Shown here piece by piece: positions 24,296 to 35,219 of a DNA stretch of 64,000 bases. The notes beneath the pieces are model-generated. The model was not told where the DNA came from. It saw only the letters and a list, made by a program, of their open reading frames with translations, and did not search any database. Position numbers and translations under genes: made by a program. Each line of letters opens with the position of its first letter. Position 1 is the stretch's first letter. The DNA is from Puccinia triticina (Eukaryota): the NCBI GenBank assembly GCA_026914245.1, contig CP110439.1, positions 1 to 64,000 on the forward strand, given 5' to 3'.

Positions 24296-27200
24296 TTACT
24301 CAGAAAAAGCACTTACTGCAGTACGTAAGCCCACCGCACTGATGGTTTCAACGGCAAATCCAAAGGTGCCAGCAGCATGCCGCATGACAGCAACATGGCC
24401 AATGATACAGTCACTCGCAATCACCGTTGTCCCGTCAAATTTTGCCTTCACCAAGCGGCAGTTGAGATCCGGATAATCTCCATATGGATCCTCAGACCGC
24501 TGTAGCTCTTCAAATGGCTTCACCACAAGCCATGTTTGTCCCGGTGTTTCGTTTGATCGGAAGATATTTTCTACCTCACCAAACCTTTGATCCTTGCCTA
24601 GGTAAAACTCGACAAAGCTGTTTCCTTGATGATGCTGGTTCCTGGTGAATGTCTTCCGGTCGGCTTGAAAGCTTGGGACTATTTCTACTGTGGAGTCCAA
24701 AATGCGGTCAGCATGACCCGTCGTCGCCGTGGGTCTTGTCCCATCCCTCCGTGCCACAGCGCGTTTCCACTTCTGAAATAAAGGCGGCTCCAGCACGAAT
24801 GTTGAAGGACTCCCCCTTAACTCCAACTCCTCCGCTGCCCCAGTTTGATATGTTGTGTCATTCTGCATCGAGCGTAGGGTAGAATTGATATGCCACTTGT
24901 TTATCAATGTCTTTGGTAGTTCGTCTGCACATCCAAAGTGACAAATTGTCAGCAAATTTGTTCAGACCCCACACCCGGTAGCAACAGAGAACACCCACCG
25001 ATGTGGTGGTTTGTGGGGAGCCTCTGTAACATCCCGTTAACTCTCTCTTGGGCCCACGCTGCAGTCGAGCGAGGAGGGCCAAACCTCCTGATCACTTCTG
25101 AGAAGTGCTGCGTCAGATGCAAGTTAGGCTTGCTTGATTTTGAGGGCCATCCATCCTGCAGACACCTTCGGTACTTCAATATCAAACCGTCCAGTTCTCC
25201 GAGGTGTTGCACACTGATTTCCGGCAGAGTTAGGAAGTGTGCCACTTGAGATAGTGTGGTAGTAGATTCTAACAGAAAAGAAATTCTTCTTCTGGTCGTT
25301 GTGGAGGCGGCCACTTTGTGAGATTGGACCCAGAGCGGAATAAGGGCAATCGTGTAGTACACCTTGTACAAGATTAGCCATTCGGCGGCCTTCAGTGAAC
25401 CGTGGATTGCTGCACCCAAATTTCGGGGCACCCTATCTATCCAAGACGGCAAGATGGTGTGTAGAATCGTGCGACGGACAACATCCAATTCCTCTGGCGA
25501 CAGTTGGGGGCAATCGGGTGCATCAACTGGCAAAATCGCCTGGATCCGTCGCGCGATGACAGTATCACCACTCCCAGCATCCTCATCCGATTCAGTCGTC
25601 TCCTCCTCCTCAGATGCATGGTACAGTGATTTCTTCCGCACTCGCAGCGCATAGGAATGAGTGGATGAAGATCCCGAGCCAGATAGAGGCACCGCTTGTG
25701 ATTCCGCCTCTGTTGAGGAACCCGATCGCGGCGCTTTTGTCCCCCTGCCTGCGGAGCTCCCCCCACCGCCGGATGTATTAGTTTGACGGGTTCGTTTGAC
25801 AGGCTTTTCGGCAGAAGTAGCCTCTGTGATAGAATCCTCCCGCTTTCGTTTTCCCTTAGCCCCACTAGACCCTTTGGGCTTGCCAGAGAAAGGATGCTCT
25901 TCATGAGACTTGTCGTTCTGCCACGCTTCGTCTAGCTCTTGAATTGACTTGAGTTGGGCCCCTGCTGCCGGCAAGTTCAAGAACCGCATGCTGTGATCTT
26001 TCAGGTCACCCAGGGCCAACGCGTGCATCACCTCAATCGAAGAGTATCGAACAGGTTTCCAATACGGTAGCTCGTTCAGGACACTCCACCTTGCGCCATG
26101 CTTCTTCGCAAATTTCTTCCGCTCGGTCCAGTTTTGAATTTTACGCCACGCAGTCGCTTGCTTCAGGTGCTCCTCGTCTGTTCTTGGGGGAAATTTTGCT
26201 GTATCCATTTCGTGCAGGTTGTGCTTGCTGAGCAGACAAAAGGAACAAAATAGCAGTGCGGCGTGACTTCCAAATCCGTTGGTCTTGCGCAGGGCCGGGA
26301 GATCTGCAATAAGTGGGAATACAGCTGCGCGGACTGTTCTACCGGTGGGATGAAGGCTTGTGGATTCAAAGTAAACACCTTTCCAAAACTCTTGCAGCTC
26401 CTCAACCAAAGGGCGTAATAGGTGGTTGATCTGTTCGAGCTTTGGTTCCTGGGGTCCAGGAATTATGCCGAAAAGAAATATGTTCTCCACCTTGTATCTT
26501 AGGGTTGCAGGGAGATTTAGGCAAACCAAAATTATGGCCCCAACAGTTGTGTGCTTGCCGAGATTCGAACTTCCTCCTGGGATAAACCAGTCAAGATACA
26601 GGCTGAAGACCAGGTTCCCAGAGTGTTCTGTGTATCTTCCTGTCCCGTCATCTGAATTGCCGAATTCTTGCCAAACCCGCCCGTGCCATACGTCTCCCAT
26701 CGGTTCTTCAGCGGACCAGTTGACTGCAGCAAGACTTGAATCTAGCAAGACTTCAAATGGAGGTTGGGCGAGCCGGCTCTTCAACCATGATTTGAGCGAG
26801 ACATACGTGAATGTGCGAGCTGGGACCTCTTGTTGACTCTTATTCACCTTGTAGAGAGCTTTGTCGCATTTCGGATTCAGCTTCTCGGACTTAGCCCACT
26901 TGCAATAGCCTTGCCTAGGCGACAGAAAAGGCTCTGTGCATTGTTGTGGATGGTTACCAGGCTCGGATCGGGTTGGGTACAGCGCAAAGCACTTCTTGCA
27001 GCATACACGTGTTGTCAGTTGCGGATTGAGGCCAAGGCGGTGGAATACAGCTTCTTGAGTCTTTGGGATCTGCGCAAGGATGGTGGTTGGATCAATTGTC
27101 GTCGAATACTTTAAGCTCCAAATTTGCGCCAGAAGAACGACATTTTCCCTTGCGGCCTTCAAGAATTTGACAGCACCATCTCTACTCAGCCGGTTGGAGA

Positions 27201-27591
27201 AGACGGCAGATGCCGCTTGAATCATCACCTGCTTGGAAAAAGCTTCTTCCAGCACAAGTTTTTTCGGTTCGGCACGAATTAGTTCAACAGCTTCGGATCC
27301 GGAGGCTATTGGAACAGTCTGCTAATTGTCCATCAGTCTATACAGAGCAGGCTGCGCATCATGTGGACAAATGTCTTTACTCACAGTGCTCTGATTTCCT
27401 GATTCGTCAGAAGATTTTTGATTAGCCACGCTGTGGTTTGACTGACTAACGTTGAGTTTCATCTGATGATTCTGGAATGCGCGCTTTGATAAAACCCTTC
27501 CCGGAACGATTCCTTGACTTCCCTCTTCATGTTGGGCTTTGTTGCAGCCATGATGTTCACAGAGACAAACATATGCCTTCCGGTTGGCCAT
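24296..27591 (-). CDS. EnSpm/CACTA-family transposase (Transposase_21-like), apparently intact, at least 3 exons
   Basis: SLYLDWF, CLNLP..RYKVENIFLFGIIPGP.EP, ADLPALRK..GF.SH..CSFC, IEVMHALALG, GSLKAAEW, KPNLHL..RFGP..WAQERVNGML; GT-AG introns near 27384-27319 and about 24998-24927 join the ORFs in frame. Confidence 0.92.
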
Positions 27592-28197
27592 CGGAAGCTC
27601 AATTATCTTGATACAGTAATGATTGTCAAGCGTCCCGGAGAATCAGAAGGTGATATGTGTGTGATCAGCTGGATTGGTGATATTCTGTCCTACGTCTGAA
27701 GCTGGAGGAGTCCTCAGAATTCTTGGCGCCCGCTCTAGCTCCAATAATTGGCAGTAACATGTTTTGGACACTACATCCCGATGTGCACTGTGGCAGAAGT
27801 GTCACGCAACTGTTGAATTTTTTCACTGGCCCCGTACACGCCATTTTTTGGCACACAGGTGATTGACCAAGTACCCGATCGGCCAAAACTCACGCGACCT
27901 CTAAGAAGAGTTGATGCACTTGTGTCACCTGCTGCTTGCGCGGTTACTCCGCCTCTGTGGTCAATTCCCATACACACCCATCTTAACTCCCACTGCACGC
28001 ACTCCCTGCAACAATCAAGCCCTGCGGAGCCCATGACACACCGCTTTTCAAGACTAACACATATCAGTTCTCCATTCCTTGACCCCAGTCACAATGCTAG
28101 ATTACTCAGTTGCTCTTGGTCATAGGTTTCCCCCACGCACTCACACTGTTTATTTTGTCAATTCATCCTTGTTAATTCGGCTATCCACCTCGAAATC

Positions 28198-28598
28198 ATG
28201 CAGAACCATGCTTCATTCACCAAATTACAACTGCAGTGGATAAAGGAAAAACAAAACCTTGTGGAAACCAAGATGTCACACGTCGTGAAGCAGCCAGATG
28301 AAAATTCCAACCTGGATGTCCAACGGCAATTGGCCTACAGATTTCAGGCCAAGTTGGAGGCCGACGCTCATGACCTGAAGATCCCCAAATGGGCAGTTCC
28401 AGATGTGAATGCTGCATGGAACGCTATAAGAAACCGCGAGGGAAAGGGTGAGTGTCTCTTGCGCAAGGATCCTTAAAGAAATGCTCATTCTCCTCCATCT
28501 CGCCGTGCTTCCAGGGCCACTCAACCTGATGTCTCCGGCATCCGCACAAGGGTCTACCACTGGAAAAGGCATCCTTGGTGCAACTTTGCAAAAATGAA
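28198..28598 (+). CDS. Small spliced hypothetical gene, divergent from the transposase
   Basis: 92-aa ORF with ATG and a GTGAGT donor at about 28448; second exon inferred. Confidence 0.4.
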
Positions 28599-29260
28599 TG
28601 GCTAGGGTCAGTGTGGCTTACTTCGTGCTATGGGGAGGAAATTGGTCACTGAGTCCATGGAAATATTCATAGGAGCGACACCACAGAGGACTTGGTTCAT
28701 CGTCGATATAGCCGTGCATCTTTCACCATTCTGATGCCCCTCATCAAATGTGATGCTGAAACATGCAACCACTCATCTCGCACATCACACTATGTTATCC
28801 TAGCCTACATTTCTCAGCACTCTCAGGAAAATCACTAACTTCTACTGACTCACTTGTGACCCTTGTTACGGATCCTGCATGACCCCGGTTGATCCAGTGC
28901 GACTGGCCTGATTTGGTGGAGCTTGGGACATTGAGTGCACACACATGCAATCTTACAAACGGTCCTGACATCAGAATAGTGATTGGTTAGTAAACTGTTG
29001 CCTCCACAGTGGTTAGCAGGCATCACCACCCACCGGAGCTCTCTGTGCTTTCAAGTATAATGATTTGGCTTGGGACCTCCAGAAACAAGGAGATGGTCGG
29101 AAGCAAATATGATCCATCACAGAGAATGTGTGTGGATTGTGATGAGTGGTGTATGGGGTTACTCACGCCGAATGTTTGTGCTCAGCTGAGGAGGCCACAC
29201 CGGTCTTCATTGAGGGATAACCATTGGTGTTGTATCTAGGCCCGCCTTGCCTCGGGCAGA

Positions 29261-29298
29261 TGTCCACCCTGATGTTCGGCCGAACATCAGGGTGGACA
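29261..29298. repeat. 38-bp palindrome, copy 4 (perfect)
   Basis: TGTCCACCCTGATGTTCGG|CCGAACATCAGGGTGGACA. Confidence 0.97.
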
Positions 29299-29405
29299 TG
29301 CCTGCAGAAGATTAGTGTCCACAGGCTCTTCCACTAAAGACAGCCGTGGAGCCCTGGGACCCTCATTAAACGGCCAAAATTGGTGAGGTGCACGCTAAAC
29401 CTCGA

Positions 29406-29443
29406 TGTCCACCCTCATGTTCGGCCGAACATGAGGGTGGACA
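29406..29443. repeat. 38-bp palindrome, copy 5 (perfect)
   Basis: TGTCCACCCTCATGTTCGG|CCGAACATGAGGGTGGACA. Confidence 0.97.
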
Positions 29444-29678
29444 TCCTTGAGGCCCGCAGCTGCGTTAAATCCCCACCCCATGCAGTCTAGCGCGATCCAA
29501 ACAAGCAAGGTGACACCACTATTGTTGACTCATCCAAACTTTGGTTCCAACTTCCCCCTTTCAGCTTGAACCACCTTTGTCGGCTTGACTGGGGATCCCA
29601 CAACCTACAATACTTAAAGACAACTTCTGTGGCTCTTGACCACCTCAATCCGCCCCCGGGTTTGAATCACCTGTCGCA

Positions 29679-30800
29679 ATGTCATCGTCGAAGCCCAATT
29701 TCTTCGATGGTAAACCACCAACCGGTGTGAGCAAAATAAATCAGATATACTCCTCAATTCTCCCCAACTCCAAGTCACCTACAGCTCGGAGCATGGCGGC
29801 CTTCACGCGAACTCTCCTCAACTTGACCACCTCTCCCAAGAAACCAATCTCAAACGATTGGCAGCTGCGCCCATCGCCCCACGACTTTCATGTTGGTTCC
29901 CACCTGCCTGATTCAATCCTGATCCACCCCATCGACCCCATTCCTTCGGAAGCACTCCTCAGCAAATCTCAGACTGTTGATTCTATATTCCGAAGTATTT
30001 TTCTTCACGACTTGTCAATCTCTCACTTCCCGGGATCCACATTCTCATGGGATCATCCCTGGGACTCACACTGGAACCAGCTATTTGCGAAGTTTATCTT
30101 GAAGCATTGGTGGAATGCGTACAATGCAGGTGCATTCAAAGTTTTCTTCATGGATCCGGTCGAAGCTCACAGCAGATCTATTCAACATGGACTTCTCCAT
30201 CGTTGGTTCATCGGGCGGCAGGACGGTCTCAGGCTTGGGCAATTTTCACCTGAGCGGAAATTGAAGAAGAAACAATCTGAATCCAAAGCTAAAATTCGGA
30301 TGCAGGTTGGCATTTTATCTTCGGCTCATTTTACTCTGCATACTGATCCCTCTGTACCTATCGATTCCAAAACCCAGCTTCAGCAACATCGACAGGAGAC
30401 TCTCTCTACCCTCCCCGTTCCTTCTGCCGTCCGATCAATATTTGAAAACATCAAAGCTACATCTGAGACCGAAACCTCGGCCCCACGAACCCTTGTCAAG
30501 GTGCCCTTGTCGTGGAGATCTGCCGAATTCAGTGAGCTCGCAGCGCGGTTGGACGCAATCTATTCACAAAAGAAGATCACCACCAACGGCCGCATCTATG
30601 TACATAACTACATCCTTGAGTCGCGGAGAAAACCCTCCAATTCGGCTCCAGCTCCATCAGACAACTTCAAAAATGTCCCACGAAACCTACCAGCCAACTG
30701 CTACTCGCTGCAATACCTCTCCGGTCTATCACACTCTCAAAGAGTACTACTAAACACGCAGGATGATGTCACTTGGCCAAACCTGGCCACTCTATGCTGA
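29679..30800 (+). CDS. Transposon accessory protein, paralog B
   Basis: 373-aa ORF with a probable in-frame intron (RMQ|GTTGGC..CAG|LQQHR); motifs TFSWD, SHWN, WRSAEF..LD, VPRNLPANCY..YLSGL. Confidence 0.8.
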   Translation: MSSSKPNFFDGKPPTGVSKINQIYSSILPNSKSPTARSMAAFTRTLLNLTTSPKKPISNDWQLRPSPHDFHVGSHLPDSILIHPIDPIPSEALLSKSQTVDSIFRSIFLHDLSISHFPGSTFSWDHPWDSHWNQLFAKFILKHWWNAYNAGAFKVFFMDPVEAHSRSIQHGLLHRWFIGRQDGLRLGQFSPERKLKKKQSESKAKIRMQVGILSSAHFTLHTDPSVPIDSKTQLQQHRQETLSTLPVPSAVRSIFENIKATSETETSAPRTLVKVPLSWRSAEFSELAARLDAIYSQKKITTNGRIYVHNYILESRRKPSNSAPAPSDNFKNVPRNLPANCYSLQYLSGLSHSQRVLLNTQDDVTWPNLATLC

Positions 30801-30830
30801 TAGCGGCAACTTGGGGTGAGTATTCCATTT

Positions 30831-33174
30831 TCATACAATAAGGTTTGTCATCAGTAGCTGAGCACATTCGTATTCCTCGTTTCCTCCTCTCGGCACACTG
30901 AGCCTTTAGTTATACTCCTCATCAGTAATGACCACAATGCTGCATGGTGAAGATACGACGCTCACATGGCCAATTCTCCTTTTCGCCTCTGTACTTGATA
31001 AATATTCATCTCCAGGCTACCATGTGTATAATATCTATAGACACAAATTGTATTTTGCTGGCCCAAACGGTACAACCTATCGATGGCTTGCAATTCACAT
31101 GCGGGATTCCAACCCGGTTCCTATAATGTCATCAGGGCTCTCAGCCAGTGGGACCTCTGGCAGGAAAGGGGCTGACTTGCCATCATGTATACATTCTGAG
31201 CACAGCGCAAGTCGATTCCCACTCCCGCTGCTTGTATAGACGCCAGAAGCACATTGCAGCTGTCGAGGCTTCGAAAGGTGTTGAGGTTATCATCACGCTT
31301 TCGCACGTTTAAATCGCCCGTGAGCCAAGTGAATCCGATCTGATTCTCCTCCAGAGCTCGCCCAATGCTTGGGTGTAAGAAAATTAGAACACGCCATCAT
31401 GAGTGTATGTGTCATATTTTGTCTGCTTACATCTGCAAAAATCCAACAAAGCTGGAGAAAACCACTGCCTTTGGCCGTCCAATCCCTCGAACCCCCTGCA
31501 AGAAGTCTTGCAGACTTGAAATCAAGTGGACAACCTTGCCGGAATCTTGCCATCGCCATGTTGGTTGGATTGGAAGCTCCGCGCGCGCAAAAATTGGGTG
31601 GTTGCAGAATTGGCGAAGCATCGTTAACTGTCGGAAAAACTCTGAAGGGTCCCACTGCTCTCCGGCCGCACGCAGTCTCCCAAAAGTGCTGATGAATCTG
31701 GCATGCAACTCCCGTAACGATGACTCCCACGAAGGGCTAGATCGGACCACTACAGCGTGTTCAACTTTCTCGGGGAGATTCAAAAGAACATCCTTTGTTC
31801 TCCTCAGGCAGATCGAGGTCATCAATTGGGTTAGACTTTTGATGGCCTCTGGTGCCCCAACCTTCATCCTTGGAATCAGGCACCTTTGCCAGATGATTTC
31901 ATTATCCCACGGCGCAATCCTCAACGTAGTGATCAAACTTTGAAGGTCTGTTAGTCGATTTTGTACCGGAGTGCCCGTCAAACAAAGCAAAAATTGAGAC
32001 TGAAGTTGCCGTATGTTCCGGGTGCGGTTCGAGCTAGGATTCCTCATCAAGCTGTAATCTGCATCAGCCGGTAGTTCCTTGTGAGCAAAAAGGTTTTGGC
32101 GGACTGTCCCACTCACTGTGCTTCATCAAAGACAATTCTGAACCAGCACAGATTCAGGGATTCAACGGTGAGCTGGTTCCCAACTAATCTATTCCCACTC
32201 TCCCCAATCATCTCGTAGGTTGTCAGAACAACCAGAGATGATTGGAGGTCTTGACGAGTGAGATTTTTCCGATCAGGTCCGTGGAAAATACAGTAACTGA
32301 TTGCTTGATCTTTGAAGTGGATGCTAATCTCGTGCTCCCAATTAGACAAGGTTGACAATGGGCAAACAACCAACGTTGCCGCGGATCGATTTACCCAGTC
32401 GGCCCAATGATGTTCCACCGCCAAATCGCGAGTAGCCAGGACGTAGGTCAGGGTTGTTAGAGTCTTTCCCAGACCCATGTCATCCGCTAAAATAGATCCT
32501 CGGGATGGCGTTGACGTTGATTGGTCCATGGGGTTGATCCCGGCCTCCCTCATATAGCTGTGAATCCAAGCATTTGTCGGATGGAGCCACAGAGCCATTC
32601 GATCATCACTGGCTGACTCGTTCTTGCGGAGAAACTGGAGCGCAGTCAGCTGATGGGGTTTCAGATCGGTACACATTTGTCGAAGAGCATCCAAGAGCCA
32701 ACTTTGTTCGGCGGTCGAACCGGCTTCGGGCTGGTGAAAATCAACATGAGGAATTTCAAAGAAAAGGCTCGAATTGTAGTTCCAGATGGGTGTCAGCTCC
32801 ACCCTTGCAGCTGCAAAAGATGCTTGGACAAGGGCAACATTGTCGGCTCGGCTGAACACGCAACCCCATAGCTCAGGCTGCCTTGCGTGCTGGGTTACTA
32901 CAAAGGCGCGCACCTTGATGAGTTGCTGATCGGTAGGTTCAATCTTGTGGCTGGTAACTGGAGTCGAACAGGCTGACATGGGCCCTAGCAACGGGCCAAG
33001 ATGCTGACTTGCTGTCTCGCTTAGATCTCCAATTCGCTCCCGGGGTGCGCGATAAACGTGGACCCGCAGGCGACCTCGTTGCAGGAAGCCAACCTGTGGG
33101 AAATCATGAATTATTGGATGGGGCGATGATGAAATTGGAGTAATGAATTGTCCAAGACAGTACGTGCTCGTCAT
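30831..33174 (-). CDS. SNF2-family ATPase/translocase, Rad5/HLTF-like, without RING; 5 exons inferred
   Basis: LADDMGLGKT, TLVVCPLS..NW..EI, VLTTY, FRIVFDEAH (across an intron), LTGTPVQNRL.DL, LRRTK, LRQFCNHP, KAVVFSSF, ASIQAAGVGIDL, EPGWNP..QAIDRLYRLGQ; one GC-AG intron. Confidence 0.92.
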
Positions 33175-34539
33175 GACAACTGTGGTGGCGGCTTGCCTTA
33201 GTTCGGGTCGGAATGGGTGATAAGGAGTTGCAAAATTGGTGGTCTTTCTTTGTTGGATCCCCGGCAAACCTGTACCCCACACCTGCAGCGGGCCACATAC
33301 AGAGCATGTTGTCGTGACTTTGGCCCTGTTATTTTGTTTATCAGCCTATCAACATCCTTCCATGTATATGTGTGCACATACCTTGAAGTTGACATTTTGG
33401 GACTAAGAGACATATGTACACACAAGTGCTAGAAATGCAAGCTTCTAGTGGATAGCTCCCACATCCGGGGATCCGGGCCGGCAGAGGAATATAGGAGCGG
33501 GTTGAATTTCAGTCTCAAGGCTTCTCTAGACTCCACTCCTCATCTGCCTATGGTTAGTTGTAGCAACATCACACAGGTTTTGTGTAATCTCCTAGACCAT
33601 GTCAAGGGGTTAACGTGGAGCAGCTTATCCCAATACCACCTGCAATGACACAGGAAAGGCACAACTTTCTCCACACACCTTCTTGTGGATCATTTGAAAG
33701 TTGCATCACAATAGGAAAACTGCCACATTTTACAAATCAGGGTCCTGGTTAGTGTGTCGAGGCTGAGTGAGCCAAACTTCTCTCACTGGGGATTCATTAG
33801 GATGTGGCCTGCAAACCATAACACATGTCAGATTTCCCTCACTTTATCCTGTGAGGTGGAGGAAGATATTGATAAATTGCCCAGATCAGAGGCATGAAAC
33901 CGTAACGCTGTTGAATGTTCAAAGCAGTCAATTCAACCCTGACTTATGCATGCGGACTTTCCGCTTGGTGGACTATGATGGGAAGCAACAAAATCACTCC
34001 CATTTTCTGCACCAGGATTCACTTCTATGAATCAAATGAATCTTTGCAATCTGCTTCCGCATTCAAATGGTCATGATACATCATGCAATGAACCTTGGCT
34101 GCCATGAAGGCTGGAACATCAACATCGCTGTGCTGAATGGTGATGACCAAGCTGTGGAGTCCCCCTGGATTATGCCATGCTGCACCAGAACCATTAAAGA
34201 CAATTTTCTTTACTCAAACCAAAGAATAAAATAGCACTCATATTGGGCAGAAAATATCGCGACATTGGCACACAGTGTTTCCTTACCAGACGGTTAAAAT
34301 AGCTATGCAATTAGGTTGTAATTCAGTTCATCGTCAGATCAGAAGGACCCAGTCATGAGTTCAGGATGGGTGGCAAATAAATTCAAAATTGGATTGTTTT
34401 GATGTGGAATGGATTCAACCTGAGATGAACATGTGTCGCAACTGAGCTCAGTGCTGACATTGGACTGCAATCAGACCTGGCAACTGAAAAAATTACGGCC
34501 TGGCACTCTCTAGAGAGTGCAACACATTCCTCCCTGGTG

Positions 34540-34832
34540 TTAGAGAGGACGTATAAACCGATTTGCGTGACGTATACCTCGGCCTTCGGCCCTCGCGTGC
34601 CATTGTACTTGTCTGGCAGGCCGATTTTGGGCCCCTTTGCCGTGGTATTGTCTAGGATTTGGGGCGCGTTTGGAGGCTGTCCTGGGACAATGGGTACTAC
34701 GGCCGGCGCAACCATGCCTGCCCGAGCTGCCGCTAGTTTGGCCTCGGCTTGCTGGCGAAGTCCGCGTTCTTCTTGGATGGATGCCGCCAATTCGTCCACC
34801 CAGGCACGGAGTGCTGCTGCGTCGTCGGCCAT
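34540..34832 (-). pseudogene. Gypsy B gag, 5' part
   Basis: MADDAAALRAWV...PKIGLPDKYNGTRG..QIGLYVLSN; continues at 13484. Confidence 0.9.
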
Positions 34833-35033
34833 TCGAGTGGTTGGTTCAGGGTTGTCGGTGGTTTGGTCTGGTTCTGGTCTGTGCGGTCTTTTTGAGGATC
34901 GTCGATTCTCTCTTTAGCTCTGATTGTTTGGTTCTGGTTCTTCTTATCGTTTGGTTCTGGTTCTTCTTGTTCGGTCTTTGGTTCTTTCTGATTCTGGTTT
35001 CGGCCTCGTCCCCCGTGTTGAGATCTAGCAATA

Positions 35034-35219
35034 TGTAAGGGTCTGTCCTCGGGGTGGGGAGGCGCTGGTCCGTCAAGTCTAGCTAGAATGTAAATTGCTA
35101 GATGGGGAAAGAGAATGGATCTTCCCCCGGCTCCTCCTTATGGTGAGGAGTGTGACATGTGTGTGTAGCTACAAGACATGTCCAGGGATGAGCCTGGCGC
35201 GCGGGCGCAGCTCATAACA
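35034..35219 (-). repeat. 5' LTR of Gypsy B
   Basis: Matches 8375-8560 at 184 of 186 positions. Confidence 0.96.

Larger units (their letters stand above)
13485..34539 (-). mobile_element. Giant (21,055 bp) EnSpm/CACTA (CMC)-type DNA transposon with cargo genes
   Basis: 39-bp perfect TIRs CACCAGGGAGGAATGTGTTGCACTCTCTAGAGAGTGCCA (13485-13523, 34501-34539); 3-bp TSD TTA (13482-13484, 34540-34542); removing it restores gag YVLSN-PRMFPDD in frame; internal EnSpm-type transposase. Confidence 0.95.
8375..35219 (-). mobile_element. Gypsy/Ty3 chromovirus B (about 5.8 kb when empty), nested in Gypsy A RT
   Basis: 186-bp LTRs at 8375-8560 and 35034-35219 differing at 2 positions; TSD GGGTC (8370-8374, 35220-35224). 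Confidence 0.96.

Noticed and set aside
13485..34539. Starship or Polinton/Maverick identity for the giant element
   Set aside because: No tyrosine-recombinase captain, polB or integrase seen; TIRs, 3-bp TSD and transposase motifs fit EnSpm/CACTA.
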